64,000 bases of DNA, taken from the NCBI GenBank assembly GCA_942492615.1, contig CALOFL010000004.1:4847-68846 (forward strand). Direction: 5' to 3'. Each line of letters opens with the position of its first letter. Position 1 is the first letter of the stretch. Shown one piece after another: positions 51,656-60,660 of this stretch. The notes under the pieces are model-generated. The model worked only from the letters and a program-made list of their open reading frames with translations. It had not been told where the DNA came from and did no database searches. The DNA is from Candidatus Krumholzibacteriia bacterium. Lineage in GTDB: Bacteria; Krumholzibacteriota; Krumholzibacteriia; LZORAL124-64-63. A program made the position numbers and the translations under genes.

Positions 51656-52598
51656 CGCCGTGCCGCAATCGTCCCCGGGGCCGCCGGCAGCGCGGGCCCA
51701 GGACGCCGAACTGGCCCTGGTCCAGTTCAAGGGCCACCGCAAAGGCTATTACCACAACCGCCGGCAGCTCCCGCTGGCCCCGGGTCAGTACTGCCTCGTC
51801 GAGGCCGATCGGGGCTGCGACATGGGTCGGATCACCTACGTGGGACCCGGCAAGCCGGAGTGGTGGAACCTGGCCGCCCACCAGGGCGTGCTGCAGGCCG
51901 CCGGCCCCGACGATCTCAAACGCCTCCACGAGAACCGCGGCGACGAGTGGGAATTCTGGGACATCTGCCAGGAGAAGATCCAGGCCCGCCGCCTGAAGAT
52001 GAATCTGGTGACCGTCGAACGCCAGTTCGACCACAAGAAGATCACCTTCTATTTCACCGCCGATAAACGCGTCGATTTTCGCGAGCTGGTGCGGGACCTG
52101 GCGGCGATCTTCCGCACGCGGATCGAGCTGCGGCAGATCGGCGTCCGGGACGAGGCCCGGCTCAAGGGCGGGCTCGGGGTCTGCGGCCGGGAATTCTGCT
52201 GTTCGAGTTTCCTGCACGAGTTCGTTCCGGTGACTCTCAAGATGGCCAAGGTCCAGCAGCTGCCGCTGAACCCGGGCAAGCTGTCCGGACCCTGCGGTCG
52301 GCTGCGGTGCTGTTTGACCTACGAGAACGAGACCTACCGCGACGCACGGCGGCGCCTGCCGCATGTCGGCACGCGGGTGGAAACGCCCGGCGGCGCCGGC
52401 ACCGTGCGTCGGGTCGATCTTCTGGCCGACCTGGTGGGGGTGTCCCATCCCGGGCATGAAGGCCTGCGCGACTGGGCGGCTGCCGATCTGTCCTGGCCGG
52501 CTGCGGGCGATCTTCCCGGTCCCGGCTCCGCCGCCGATCACCGCGGCTGCAACGGCAACGGGGGCGGCTGCGGCCGTCGGGGCGGAGGCACGCATTGA
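51606..52598 (+). CDS. PSP1 C-terminal domain protein (YaaT/RicT homolog)
   Basis: PSP1 core (FKGHRKGYYHNRRQLPLAPGQYCLVEADRGCDMGRI…CGRLRCCLTYE); immediately downstream of holB, as yaaT is in Bacillus. Confidence 0.7.
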   Translation: MPKSTRPPGYPGRSQPDAVPQSSPGPPAARAQDAELALVQFKGHRKGYYHNRRQLPLAPGQYCLVEADRGCDMGRITYVGPGKPEWWNLAAHQGVLQAAGPDDLKRLHENRGDEWEFWDICQEKIQARRLKMNLVTVERQFDHKKITFYFTADKRVDFRELVRDLAAIFRTRIELRQIGVRDEARLKGGLGVCGREFCCSSFLHEFVPVTLKMAKVQQLPLNPGKLSGPCGRLRCCLTYENETYRDARRRLPHVGTRVETPGGAGTVRRVDLLADLVGVSHPGHEGLRDWAAADLSWPAAGDLPGPGSAADHRGCNGNGGGCGRRGGGTH

Positions 52599-53398
52599 TC
52601 GACAGCCACGTCCATCTGAACCGTGAAGAATTCGCCGGGGAACAATCCGGTGTCCTGCAGCGGGCCCGCACCGCAGGTGTCTCCATGTTCCTGAACGTGG
52701 GTTACGACCTGCAGACGAGCCGGGAGTCCATCGCCCTGGCCGAGGCCGAACCGGACATCCTGGCGACGGTGGGCATCCATCCGCACGACGCCGCCCAGCT
52801 CGCCGACGCCCAGGGCCACATCACCGCGGCGGGACGTGACCTCCTGGCCGAGCTGGAGGAGCTGGCTGCTCACCCCAAGGTGGTGGCTGTCGGGGAAATC
52901 GGACTGGACTACTATCGCGACCTTTCCCCGCGACCCGCCCAGCACGCCGCGCTGGAAGCCCAGCTCGATCTGGCCGATCGCCTGGCCCTGCCGGTGGTCT
53001 TTCACGTCCGTGACGCCTGGGCCGACACCCTCGAGCGGATCGACGCCTACGGCCCGCCGGCCCGGGGCGGCGTCCTGCACTCCTTCAGCGGCGACGAAGC
53101 TGCCGTCGAATGGGCGCGCCAGCGGGGTTTTCTGCTGGGCATCGGCGGTCCGGTGACCTATAAAGACAGCAGGCTGCCCGCCCTGGTGGCCCAGGCGGGC
53201 CTCGGGATGCTCCTGCTGGAGACCGACGCGCCGTGGCTGCCACCGGTGCCGTACCGTGGGAAACGGAACGAACCCGGCTATTTGCCCCATACGCTGGCCC
53301 GGGTGGCCTCGGAATTGCAAATCGATCCCGAGGAGATCGACCGGGCTACCTCCGCCACGTTCCGGCGGTTTTTCGATGTGCCCGCAACCGGCGCGTGA
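52595..53398 (+). CDS. tatD: TatD-family metal-dependent hydrolase/DNase
   Basis: MIDSHVHLN…GIHPHDA…GEIGLDYY…VVFHVRDA…GVLHSFSG motifs. Confidence 0.85.
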   Translation: MIDSHVHLNREEFAGEQSGVLQRARTAGVSMFLNVGYDLQTSRESIALAEAEPDILATVGIHPHDAAQLADAQGHITAAGRDLLAELEELAAHPKVVAVGEIGLDYYRDLSPRPAQHAALEAQLDLADRLALPVVFHVRDAWADTLERIDAYGPPARGGVLHSFSGDEAAVEWARQRGFLLGIGGPVTYKDSRLPALVAQAGLGMLLLETDAPWLPPVPYRGKRNEPGYLPHTLARVASELQIDPEEIDRATSATFRRFFDVPATGA

Positions 53399-53418
53399 GA
53401 TCAGACCACCGACCCCGG

Positions 53419-54270
53419 ATGCCAGGAGTTGATTTGACCTGCAGCCAACAGGCTCTTCTGCGCAAATACGGTATCCGTCCGGTCAAGCGGCGGGGTCAGA
53501 ATTTTCTGGTCGATACCAACCTGGCGCGGTCCATCGCCCAGGACGTGCTGAAGCTCGGCCGCGAGGTTCTGGAGCTCGGCGCCGGAGCGGGAGCGCTGAC
53601 CACGCATCTGCTGGACGGAGCCGACAGGGTTGTCTGCGTGGAGGTCGACCGCAAGCTGTGCGCGCTGCTGACGACGGAATTCGGGGAGCACCCGGCATTC
53701 GAACTGATCGAGGGCGATCTGGCCCGGCTGGACTGGGGCGGGGTTCTGGCCCGCACCGGCGATCAGCCGGTGGTGGCCGGCAACCTGCCCTACGTCCTGA
53801 CGAGCAAGGTGCTCTTTGCGCTGGCGGAATACCGCCGGCAGGTCGGCGGCGCGGTGTTCATGGTCCAGAAGGAAGTGGCCGAGCGGATGGCCGCCCGGCC
53901 GGGCGGCAAGGACTACGGGATCCTGGCGGTGGTCCTCGGGTCGGTGTTCGAGATCGCCGTCGTGCGTTCGGTACCGGCGACGGTGTTCTGGCCGCGTCCT
54001 GAGGTGGCGTCGGCGATCGTCCGCCTGCTGCCGGGGCCGGCCTGGGAGGACGAGGAATTCCAGTGGTTCGTCCGTACCGTGAAACTCATGTTCGGGCAGA
54101 GGCGAAAGAAATTGCGCACCCAGCTCAAAACACATTTCAATCTGGATGCCGCCCGCGTCGAGGCCATCACCGCCTCAGCCGAAGTGGATCCCGACAACCG
54201 GCCCGAGCAGATCGACCGGGACGGCTTTCGGCGCCTGGCGGCCGTGCTGTCGGTGGAGGCGGCCCCGTGA
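53419..54270 (+). CDS. rsmA: 16S rRNA (adenine1518/1519-N6)-dimethyltransferase
   Basis: GQNFLVD, SAM motif LELGAGAGALT, NLPYVLTS; start at the internal ATG, the upstream ORF extension is not credible. Confidence 0.8.
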   Translation: MPGVDLTCSQQALLRKYGIRPVKRRGQNFLVDTNLARSIAQDVLKLGREVLELGAGAGALTTHLLDGADRVVCVEVDRKLCALLTTEFGEHPAFELIEGDLARLDWGGVLARTGDQPVVAGNLPYVLTSKVLFALAEYRRQVGGAVFMVQKEVAERMAARPGGKDYGILAVVLGSVFEIAVVRSVPATVFWPRPEVASAIVRLLPGPAWEDEEFQWFVRTVKLMFGQRRKKLRTQLKTHFNLDAARVEAITASAEVDPDNRPEQIDRDGFRRLAAVLSVEAAP

Positions 54271-56363
54271 GGCGCGGCTCCCGCAGGTACGGCTTGAAGC
54301 CAGCGATCGCCCTGCTTCTGGGGTGCTGGCTGGCCTGGGGACCCGGGCGGGTGCTGGCGCAGTCCGGGGACGGCGCGGCGGCCGCCGATTCCCTCGCCGC
54401 GGCGGCCGACACGTCCACCACGACGATGAGCGCCATGGAGAAGGCCCTGGCCGAGGCCACCACGGGCTCGGCCGACGCACAGGCCACGACGCAGGTCGCC
54501 GCGGACGCAGGACCGTTTTTCGTCAGTCTCAAGAACGCGCCCAAGGCCGGGGCCAAGGCCAACGTCCGGCAGTTCACCTATTACGGCGAGCTGGTGACCG
54601 ACCTCAAGTTCCGCCGGAACTCGAGCGTGAAGAACAATCTGGGCTGGTCCTGGGAGGACTACCGCAAGCAGGACAAGACGGTCGAGCGCTGGGACAACGT
54701 GTTCTCCTATCAGCTCGGCCAGATGCTGCCGTTGACGACCAAGCTCGACGCCACCTGGAACTGGAGCGAGGACAAGACCACCAACACAGCGGGCGTCGCC
54801 AACGTGTCTGCCCGCGACCAGAAACGGATCCAGTTCAGCGGTTTCAAGAGCAACTTCGCGACCGGGTCCCTGGTGAACATCGCCCGTTTTTCGGCGGGCG
54901 TCACCGACCTGCGCAGCGTGAACCTGAACCAGAACAACGATGTCCTCGAGGGCCTGCTCGACGCCAACTGGCAGAGCAGCCTGGAGATCACCGAAGGGGT
55001 GGCCATTGCCGGCCGGGTCTACGGACAGGTCGGCCAGGGGGAGCGGTCGTTGAGCGGCGCGGACAGTCCGTCGTCCGCCCAGGGCGATACCGTGGGCTTC
55101 GGCGTGTACTACGACCGCTCCACGGCAAACGGCCGGGTCTCGATAGCCCGCAGCAATTTCCGCAAGAAGTACCTGGACTTCAAGAAGAACACCAACGGCC
55201 TGATCGACACCGTCGGCATCGACGAGGCGAACAAGGTCGTACAGGAGCTCGAAACCAAGGACGCCCTGGGCGTGGAACTGGTGAACAACTTCCGGGTGGG
55301 ACGGCTGGGCTTCAACACGCGGCTGACCCGCGACACCGAGGACCAGGACTACGCGGCCAGCGGCATCGGGCTGAGGGAACGCTACCAGGACATGATGGAC
55401 CTGGGCTTGACCTTCGCCGTCGGCCGCGACTCCTTCTCGGTGAACTACAACTACGTCTGGCGCTGGGACGATCAGCAGTTCAAGGGGGCCACCAGCCCGC
55501 GCGGACGCCAGTACACGAAGGACCGCGACTACGATTTCAACTACACCCGCCGCTTCTTCAAGAAGACCGATCTGAGTCTCCGCTACCACCAGGGTCTCGT
55601 GCAGGACATCGCCCAGAACCAGCACAACGAGAACGACAAGGACCGCCTCCAGACGGATTTCAGCGCCAAGCTGGAACGCAACTGGGTCGGGAAATTCAGG
55701 GCCAACATGGTCTACTCGTTCGGCCGGATAAACGACCTGTCGATCCGGTCGACCCGGTCGTCCAACAACAACGAGCGCGACTCCTACGAGATTTCCCCCG
55801 GCTACGGCTGGGACCTGGCGCCCTGGCTGAGCCTGGACCAGAGCTACCGGGTCTACATCCAGTACACGGACTACGACTATTCGGATCTCGTATCCGCAAC
55901 CCGCAAGGACAACTACAACAAGCGCGGCAACCTGGCCACGCGGGTGAACATCCGGCCGACCAGCCGCTTGGAACTGAAGGTCCGGCACGACTACAACAAG
56001 CGGTTTTCCGCCACCAAGCTCGGGGTCAGCAGTACGGGAGACCCCTTCTACAACCGTGACGAGAACCAGACCATCTCCAAGATCGATCTCGGCTTCCGGT
56101 TCGAGGCCGTTCCCGGCGTGACCCTGGAGGGCGCGACCTACCGGACCCGCGACAAGCGGGTCACTTTCGGGCAGACCGAACAGGAGAACATCAATTTTTC
56201 GGGGGAGATGTGGGTCGGGACGGTGGTACGACAGAAATGGGGCAAACAGAATCCGGTGGAACTTTATGCCATGGTGCGGAAGTATAATGCTTTCGGGCCC
56301 AGCGTGACGGAAACCAGCGCGGACTACTGGGAAGCCGACGCGTGGCTGAAATGGGAGTTTTGA
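54267..56363 (+). CDS. large outer-membrane beta-barrel-like protein (hypothetical)
   Basis: GTG overlaps the rsmA stop; signal peptide (LKPAIALLLGCWLAWGPGRVLAQ); long region of alternating amphipathic beta-strand-like segments ending …AWLKWEF (aromatic C-terminal residue typical of OMPs). Confidence 0.45.
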   Translation: MRRGSRRYGLKPAIALLLGCWLAWGPGRVLAQSGDGAAAADSLAAAADTSTTTMSAMEKALAEATTGSADAQATTQVAADAGPFFVSLKNAPKAGAKANVRQFTYYGELVTDLKFRRNSSVKNNLGWSWEDYRKQDKTVERWDNVFSYQLGQMLPLTTKLDATWNWSEDKTTNTAGVANVSARDQKRIQFSGFKSNFATGSLVNIARFSAGVTDLRSVNLNQNNDVLEGLLDANWQSSLEITEGVAIAGRVYGQVGQGERSLSGADSPSSAQGDTVGFGVYYDRSTANGRVSIARSNFRKKYLDFKKNTNGLIDTVGIDEANKVVQELETKDALGVELVNNFRVGRLGFNTRLTRDTEDQDYAASGIGLRERYQDMMDLGLTFAVGRDSFSVNYNYVWRWDDQQFKGATSPRGRQYTKDRDYDFNYTRRFFKKTDLSLRYHQGLVQDIAQNQHNENDKDRLQTDFSAKLERNWVGKFRANMVYSFGRINDLSIRSTRSSNNNERDSYEISPGYGWDLAPWLSLDQSYRVYIQYTDYDYSDLVSATRKDNYNKRGNLATRVNIRPTSRLELKVRHDYNKRFSATKLGVSSTGDPFYNRDENQTISKIDLGFRFEAVPGVTLEGATYRTRDKRVTFGQTEQENINFSGEMWVGTVVRQKWGKQNPVELYAMVRKYNAFGPSVTETSADYWEADAWLKWEF

Positions 56364-56980
56364 TGAACACGTCACCTGCGCGTCTGCTGTTGAGCGCGAT
56401 CCTGTCGACGCTGGTCGTCCTGTTGTCGGGGTGCCTGTTTTCGCCGCGTGAACCGGAACCGCCCGGGTCGGGTGAGCAGATCACCTACCTGCCACGAAGC
56501 AGCCCGGCCAACGTCTGGGCCAACATCGAAACCTCCCTGGAGGCGGCCAATGCGCAGGGCTGGGAGGACAACACCAGCCAGGTTGAGTTCCAGTACGTGC
56601 CCGACGACGGGACCCGGAGCGCCTTTCCGGGCATCGCCTGGGATCTGTGGCGGCGTCCCGAGGAAGTGAATTTCATCAACAATTTCTACAACAACGGGGT
56701 GACCATAACAGCGCAAATGAGGAACGACGAGTTCACCATTCCCGAGAATTCCGGCACCGAAGTCATATGGGAAGACGTCATTTACGATCTTTCGGTCACG
56801 AACAACGCCGACAGTTCGACCACCCGCTACCGGGCCAGTGCGGACATAACTTTTAGACTTGAGGGCAATTTTTGGTATATTTACCTCTGGCGGGACCTAC
56901 AGGGCGAAAGCCCACCGGAAGGCGGGGGCCAGTTATCCACCATGGGGGTGTTGCGCGGAACATTTGGTAGCACTAGATAG
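56363..56980 (+). CDS. lipoprotein, first of a tandem paralogous pair
   Basis: TGATG overlap with the OMP stop; lipobox LLSGCLFSP; paralogous to 57085..57699. Confidence 0.5.
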   Translation: MNTSPARLLLSAILSTLVVLLSGCLFSPREPEPPGSGEQITYLPRSSPANVWANIETSLEAANAQGWEDNTSQVEFQYVPDDGTRSAFPGIAWDLWRRPEEVNFINNFYNNGVTITAQMRNDEFTIPENSGTEVIWEDVIYDLSVTNNADSSTTRYRASADITFRLEGNFWYIYLWRDLQGESPPEGGGQLSTMGVLRGTFGSTR

Positions 56981-57084
56981 CTCGATATGTTAAAATAGGG
57001 GATCATTCTCCCTCAATAAAAAGCGGGCTTCTCGTAACACCACCCCTGAAAGCCGGGGAAGCCCAGGCCTGCTGGAGGACAACG

Positions 57085-57699
57085 ATGAAATTCAAGAACC
57101 TGCTTCTGGCGGGGGCACTGGCCCTTCTGCTCGCGCCTGCCGGATGTATCTTTTCGCCCGATGACGGAGGTGGGGACGGCCCGCCGCCGCCGCCGCCGCC
57201 GGAGCTGCCGTTTCCGGGCACCGCGAACCAGCTGATGAAGAACTTCCAGACGGTCTACGAGACCCTGGATTACGACGATTATCGGGAGATGCTGCACCCG
57301 GATTTCCTGACCTACCTGAAACCCGAGACCACCAGTGAATTCCCGACGGTGGGCACCACGCTGGATTTCGAAGAAGAAGAGCGCATCCACCGGCGGATGT
57401 TCTCCGGCGATGCGGTGACCGATCCGGAGGGCAACCTCGTGCCCGGCATTCTGGCGATCTCGTTCAGTTTGTTCCAGCAGGAGGACACCTGGGCCGTCTC
57501 GCCGCCGAACGACATCATTCCCAACGCCGAATGGTCGTTGTACTCGGTGGAGTTCCTGTTCGACCGCGGGCAGGAATTCTCGACGCTGCGCGTCGACGGA
57601 CAGATCAAGTTCTACGTGACCAGCCGCGACTCGTTCCACGAGGGTGCTGATCGCAAGTACTACCAGTTGATCGGGCAGGTCGATCTCACGACCCAGTAG
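57085..57699 (+). CDS. lipoprotein, second of a tandem paralogous pair (poly-Pro linker)
   Basis: lipobox APAGCIFSP; GGGDGPPPPPPPELPFPG linker; conserved segments shared with 56363..56980. Confidence 0.5.
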   Translation: MKFKNLLLAGALALLLAPAGCIFSPDDGGGDGPPPPPPPELPFPGTANQLMKNFQTVYETLDYDDYREMLHPDFLTYLKPETTSEFPTVGTTLDFEEEERIHRRMFSGDAVTDPEGNLVPGILAISFSLFQQEDTWAVSPPNDIIPNAEWSLYSVEFLFDRGQEFSTLRVDGQIKFYVTSRDSFHEGADRKYYQLIGQVDLTTQ

Positions 57700-57727
57700 A
57701 CTCCTGGCCGACTGGTGACGACCGACT

Positions 57728-57756
57728 GCGGGGAGCTTCACGGCTCCCCGCGTTTT
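57728..57756 (+). terminator. rho-independent terminator after the lipoprotein pair
   Basis: GCGGGGAGC-TTCACG-GCTCCCCGC followed by GTTTTCG. Confidence 0.5.
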
Positions 57757-57815
57757 CGTGGTTGTCCGTTCTGGCCATGGGCCGGCAAAACCGCTAGTAT
57801 GGCCGCAAGAACCCA

Positions 57816-59369
57816 TTGAACCTCCGGGCACGGATGCGCGGAGTCCACCCGCCGCTGGAGATCGCAGCCTTGAATCCCTTTTTCGGTTCCCGCAAGAAAT
57901 CCTCTCGAGGCAGGACGTCCGCCGGAAAATCCGGCGGCAAGCGCGTCCGCCGCAAAAGGACCCAGTCACGTCGGCTGTCGTGGATCCTGGGTGTCGCCTG
58001 CGTGGTGGTGGTCCTGGGGATCGGTCTGCTCAAGTGGTCCCGCTCGGGCTCGGGCCAGGCCGCCTTGTTGACCCTCGGTTCGGACAAGATGTTTGCTGAG
58101 GTCCAGGCTGCGGTCGACGACGCCCTGACCGGCGTGCTGCCCGGATTCGCCGCGGGCCCCGTCACGGCCGCTGCCGCCGAGGCCGGTGCCCGGGCCAGCG
58201 ACTTCGACTGGGCCGCACCTAGCCTTGGGCCGCAAGCGGCGGTGCGCTGCCGTCTGGTCGCCGTCACCGGTGGCGAGACCTTCTGGGAGTGGCAGCAGAA
58301 GATCGCCACGGCCGTCGAAGCGATCGGCGCCCGGGTGCTGTGGGGGGAACGGCTCTATCCGGACCGGCCGGCGGCTGATCAGCTGAAACCGAACGAGGAT
58401 CGCGACCTGCTGCGCCTGGATCTGGGGGTCACCGGCCGGCCGACCCACACGCTGCTCCTGCACCGCAGCGACACCCGTCCGGATATTCTCTGGGGCGAAG
58501 GAAAAGGGACCAGCGCCTGGTCCCAGCTGGCCCGGGAGGATGCGCCCACGGTGGCCATCCTGATCGACGACTGGGGTTTCGGGCGAACCGAAGCGTGCGG
58601 CTGGCTGCTCGATCTGGATGCTCCCTTCACCCTGGCCGTTCTGCCGGGCCTGGCCTATTCGCGCCATTTCGCCTTGAAGGGCACCGACCTGGTGCTGCCG
58701 CCGGGGCAGGAGCAGGGCAGCCGGGTCGGTGGCGCCGGTCCGGACCGCGGCCGCAAGGCCCGGCTCGCCGCCGGCTGTTTCGTGGACGTTCGCCTGGGCC
58801 GCTCCCGGGCCGACATCCCGTCACAGCGGCGTGAAATCATGCTGCACCTGCCCATGGAACCGCAGGGATATCCCGAAACCGACCCGGGACCCCGGGCGAT
58901 CATGGTGGGGATGGATGATGTGGCCATCGCCGCACGTCTGGACGAGGCTCTGGCGCCCCTGCACGCGGTTACCGGGATCAACAACCACATGGGCAGCGCC
59001 GCGACCAGCGATCCGGCCACCATGAAAGCCTTGATGGCGGTGCTCCGGCAGCGCGACCTGTTCTTCATCGACAGCCTGACCTCGTCCAGTTCGGTGGCTC
59101 ACGCCGAAGCGGTCAAGGCCGGTCTGCCCAGCGCGCGCAACCGGATTTTCCTGGACTACGACAACGAGAACCACGCCACCATCAAGGCCAATCTGGAGGT
59201 CCTGGTCCGCACGGCCAGGACGTCGGGCTTCGCCCTGGGTATCGGCCACCCGCACCGGGCGACGGCGGAGGTCCTGGCGCGGGAGATCCCCCGGCTGCAA
59301 AAAGAAGGCGTGCGTTTCGTGACGGTGTCGGAGTTCCTGGCGTTGCAGGCAAATCGCGAGGGGAAGTGA
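57816..59369 (+). CDS. divergent polysaccharide deacetylase family protein (YibQ/DUF610-like) with N-terminal basic region and a TM anchor
   Basis: TM (WILGVACVVVVLGIGLL); PTVAILIDDWGF…LAVLPG…HLPMEP…INNHMGS…FFIDSLTS motifs of the divergent polysaccharide deacetylase family. Confidence 0.6.
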   Translation: MNLRARMRGVHPPLEIAALNPFFGSRKKSSRGRTSAGKSGGKRVRRKRTQSRRLSWILGVACVVVVLGIGLLKWSRSGSGQAALLTLGSDKMFAEVQAAVDDALTGVLPGFAAGPVTAAAAEAGARASDFDWAAPSLGPQAAVRCRLVAVTGGETFWEWQQKIATAVEAIGARVLWGERLYPDRPAADQLKPNEDRDLLRLDLGVTGRPTHTLLLHRSDTRPDILWGEGKGTSAWSQLAREDAPTVAILIDDWGFGRTEACGWLLDLDAPFTLAVLPGLAYSRHFALKGTDLVLPPGQEQGSRVGGAGPDRGRKARLAAGCFVDVRLGRSRADIPSQRREIMLHLPMEPQGYPETDPGPRAIMVGMDDVAIAARLDEALAPLHAVTGINNHMGSAATSDPATMKALMAVLRQRDLFFIDSLTSSSSVAHAEAVKAGLPSARNRIFLDYDNENHATIKANLEVLVRTARTSGFALGIGHPHRATAEVLAREIPRLQKEGVRFVTVSEFLALQANREGK

Positions 59370-60460
59370 CCGGCATCATGTCCAGCAAGGTCTATTTCCA
59401 TTCCCTGGAACAGCGGGTCGAGAACGATCTGACGCCGCTTGACCTGGGCGAGGGTCTGCGCCGCCTGGCCGCCAACCTGAAGATCACCGGCGCCGCCGGG
59501 GGCCCGTGGGGGATGAAGGTCCAGCTCGGACCGGCCGGCCTGCCGGCGTCCATCATGCCGGCCTGGGCCCAGGCCGTGGCCGGGCAGCTGCCCGGCGGGG
59601 CCTTCTGTTTCGACACGTTGTCGATCACGACCCGAGGCCTGGAAGAACCCGCGTCGCACCTGGAAATCGCGGGCAAGAAGGGGTTTGGCGGCGACGGGAC
59701 AGCGATACCGTTCCGGGTCGCCGACGCTCCGGATCAGGGACCGTCCGAGTCCCGGGAGCTCCCGGGAGGCGAGGGACATTCCGCCTACGGCCTGGCCGGA
59801 GGCCTGCGGGCGGCCGCCGGCCTGGCGGTCCTGACGCCGCTGCGTCCCCACCCGCACCTGGGATTTGCGGGCGCCCTGGCCACCGCGGGCCTGGGACTGG
59901 CCGACCGGGCCACGAAGATCAGGCTCCACCGGGACATCCGGCCCAAGGTCGATACGCCGCTGTGCGCGGGCTGCGGCTCCTGCCTGGATGTCTGCCTGTT
60001 CGACGCCATCGTTTTCGAAGCCGGCCGGGCGGCCATCGACCATACCCGGTGCACCGGCTGTGGCGAATGCATGAACGTCTGCTTCATGGCCGGCATCAGC
60101 GACGCAGAAGGCGCCGGGATCCCGAATTTCCAGCGAGGGGTGGCGGCGGCCGCCGCCGCCGGAATTTCCGCCTTTGCCGGGGTCGGTCGGCCGGGACCGG
60201 TATTCTTCAATTTCCTGCTCCGGCTGGGGCGGCAGGCCGCCGGACCGCAGAATCGCAAGACCGTGCGGGTAGGGGATATCGGGGTTTTGGCCTCCCGGGA
60301 TCCGGTCGCCCTGGACCGGGCCGCCTGGGATCTGGTCTGCGACCGCCAGGGGGGGGATCTGTCGCTGTGGAGCGGATTCAAGCAGGAGCCCGGGATCCTG
60401 CTCGCCGAGGCCGAAAGGCTGGGCCTCGGAAGCAGTTCCCATGATCTGATCGAGGTCTGA
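59366..60460 (+). CDS. DUF362-domain protein with embedded 4Fe-4S ferredoxin-type dicluster
   Basis: MSSKVYF N-terminus typical of DUF362; CAGCGSCLDVC and CTGCGECMNVC motifs. Confidence 0.55.
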   Translation: MTGIMSSKVYFHSLEQRVENDLTPLDLGEGLRRLAANLKITGAAGGPWGMKVQLGPAGLPASIMPAWAQAVAGQLPGGAFCFDTLSITTRGLEEPASHLEIAGKKGFGGDGTAIPFRVADAPDQGPSESRELPGGEGHSAYGLAGGLRAAAGLAVLTPLRPHPHLGFAGALATAGLGLADRATKIRLHRDIRPKVDTPLCAGCGSCLDVCLFDAIVFEAGRAAIDHTRCTGCGECMNVCFMAGISDAEGAGIPNFQRGVAAAAAAGISAFAGVGRPGPVFFNFLLRLGRQAAGPQNRKTVRVGDIGVLASRDPVALDRAAWDLVCDRQGGDLSLWSGFKQEPGILLAEAERLGLGSSSHDLIEV

Positions 60461-60660
60461 ATCCCATCGTATTTCTGGAAAAACGGCTCCGATTGTGTTA
60501 CTATGGCCCCCGCAATTTGTGGCTGGGCTGAAATTTCCAAGTACTCCTGCAGTACCTACTTTACGCGCCTTGATGTGCTGTCAGCCCCGTTGGTATCTTC
60601 GTCAGGGCGTGCATTTTTTTGTCGAGTTCATCGTGGTGTATGACCATGGGGAGTTGAACC

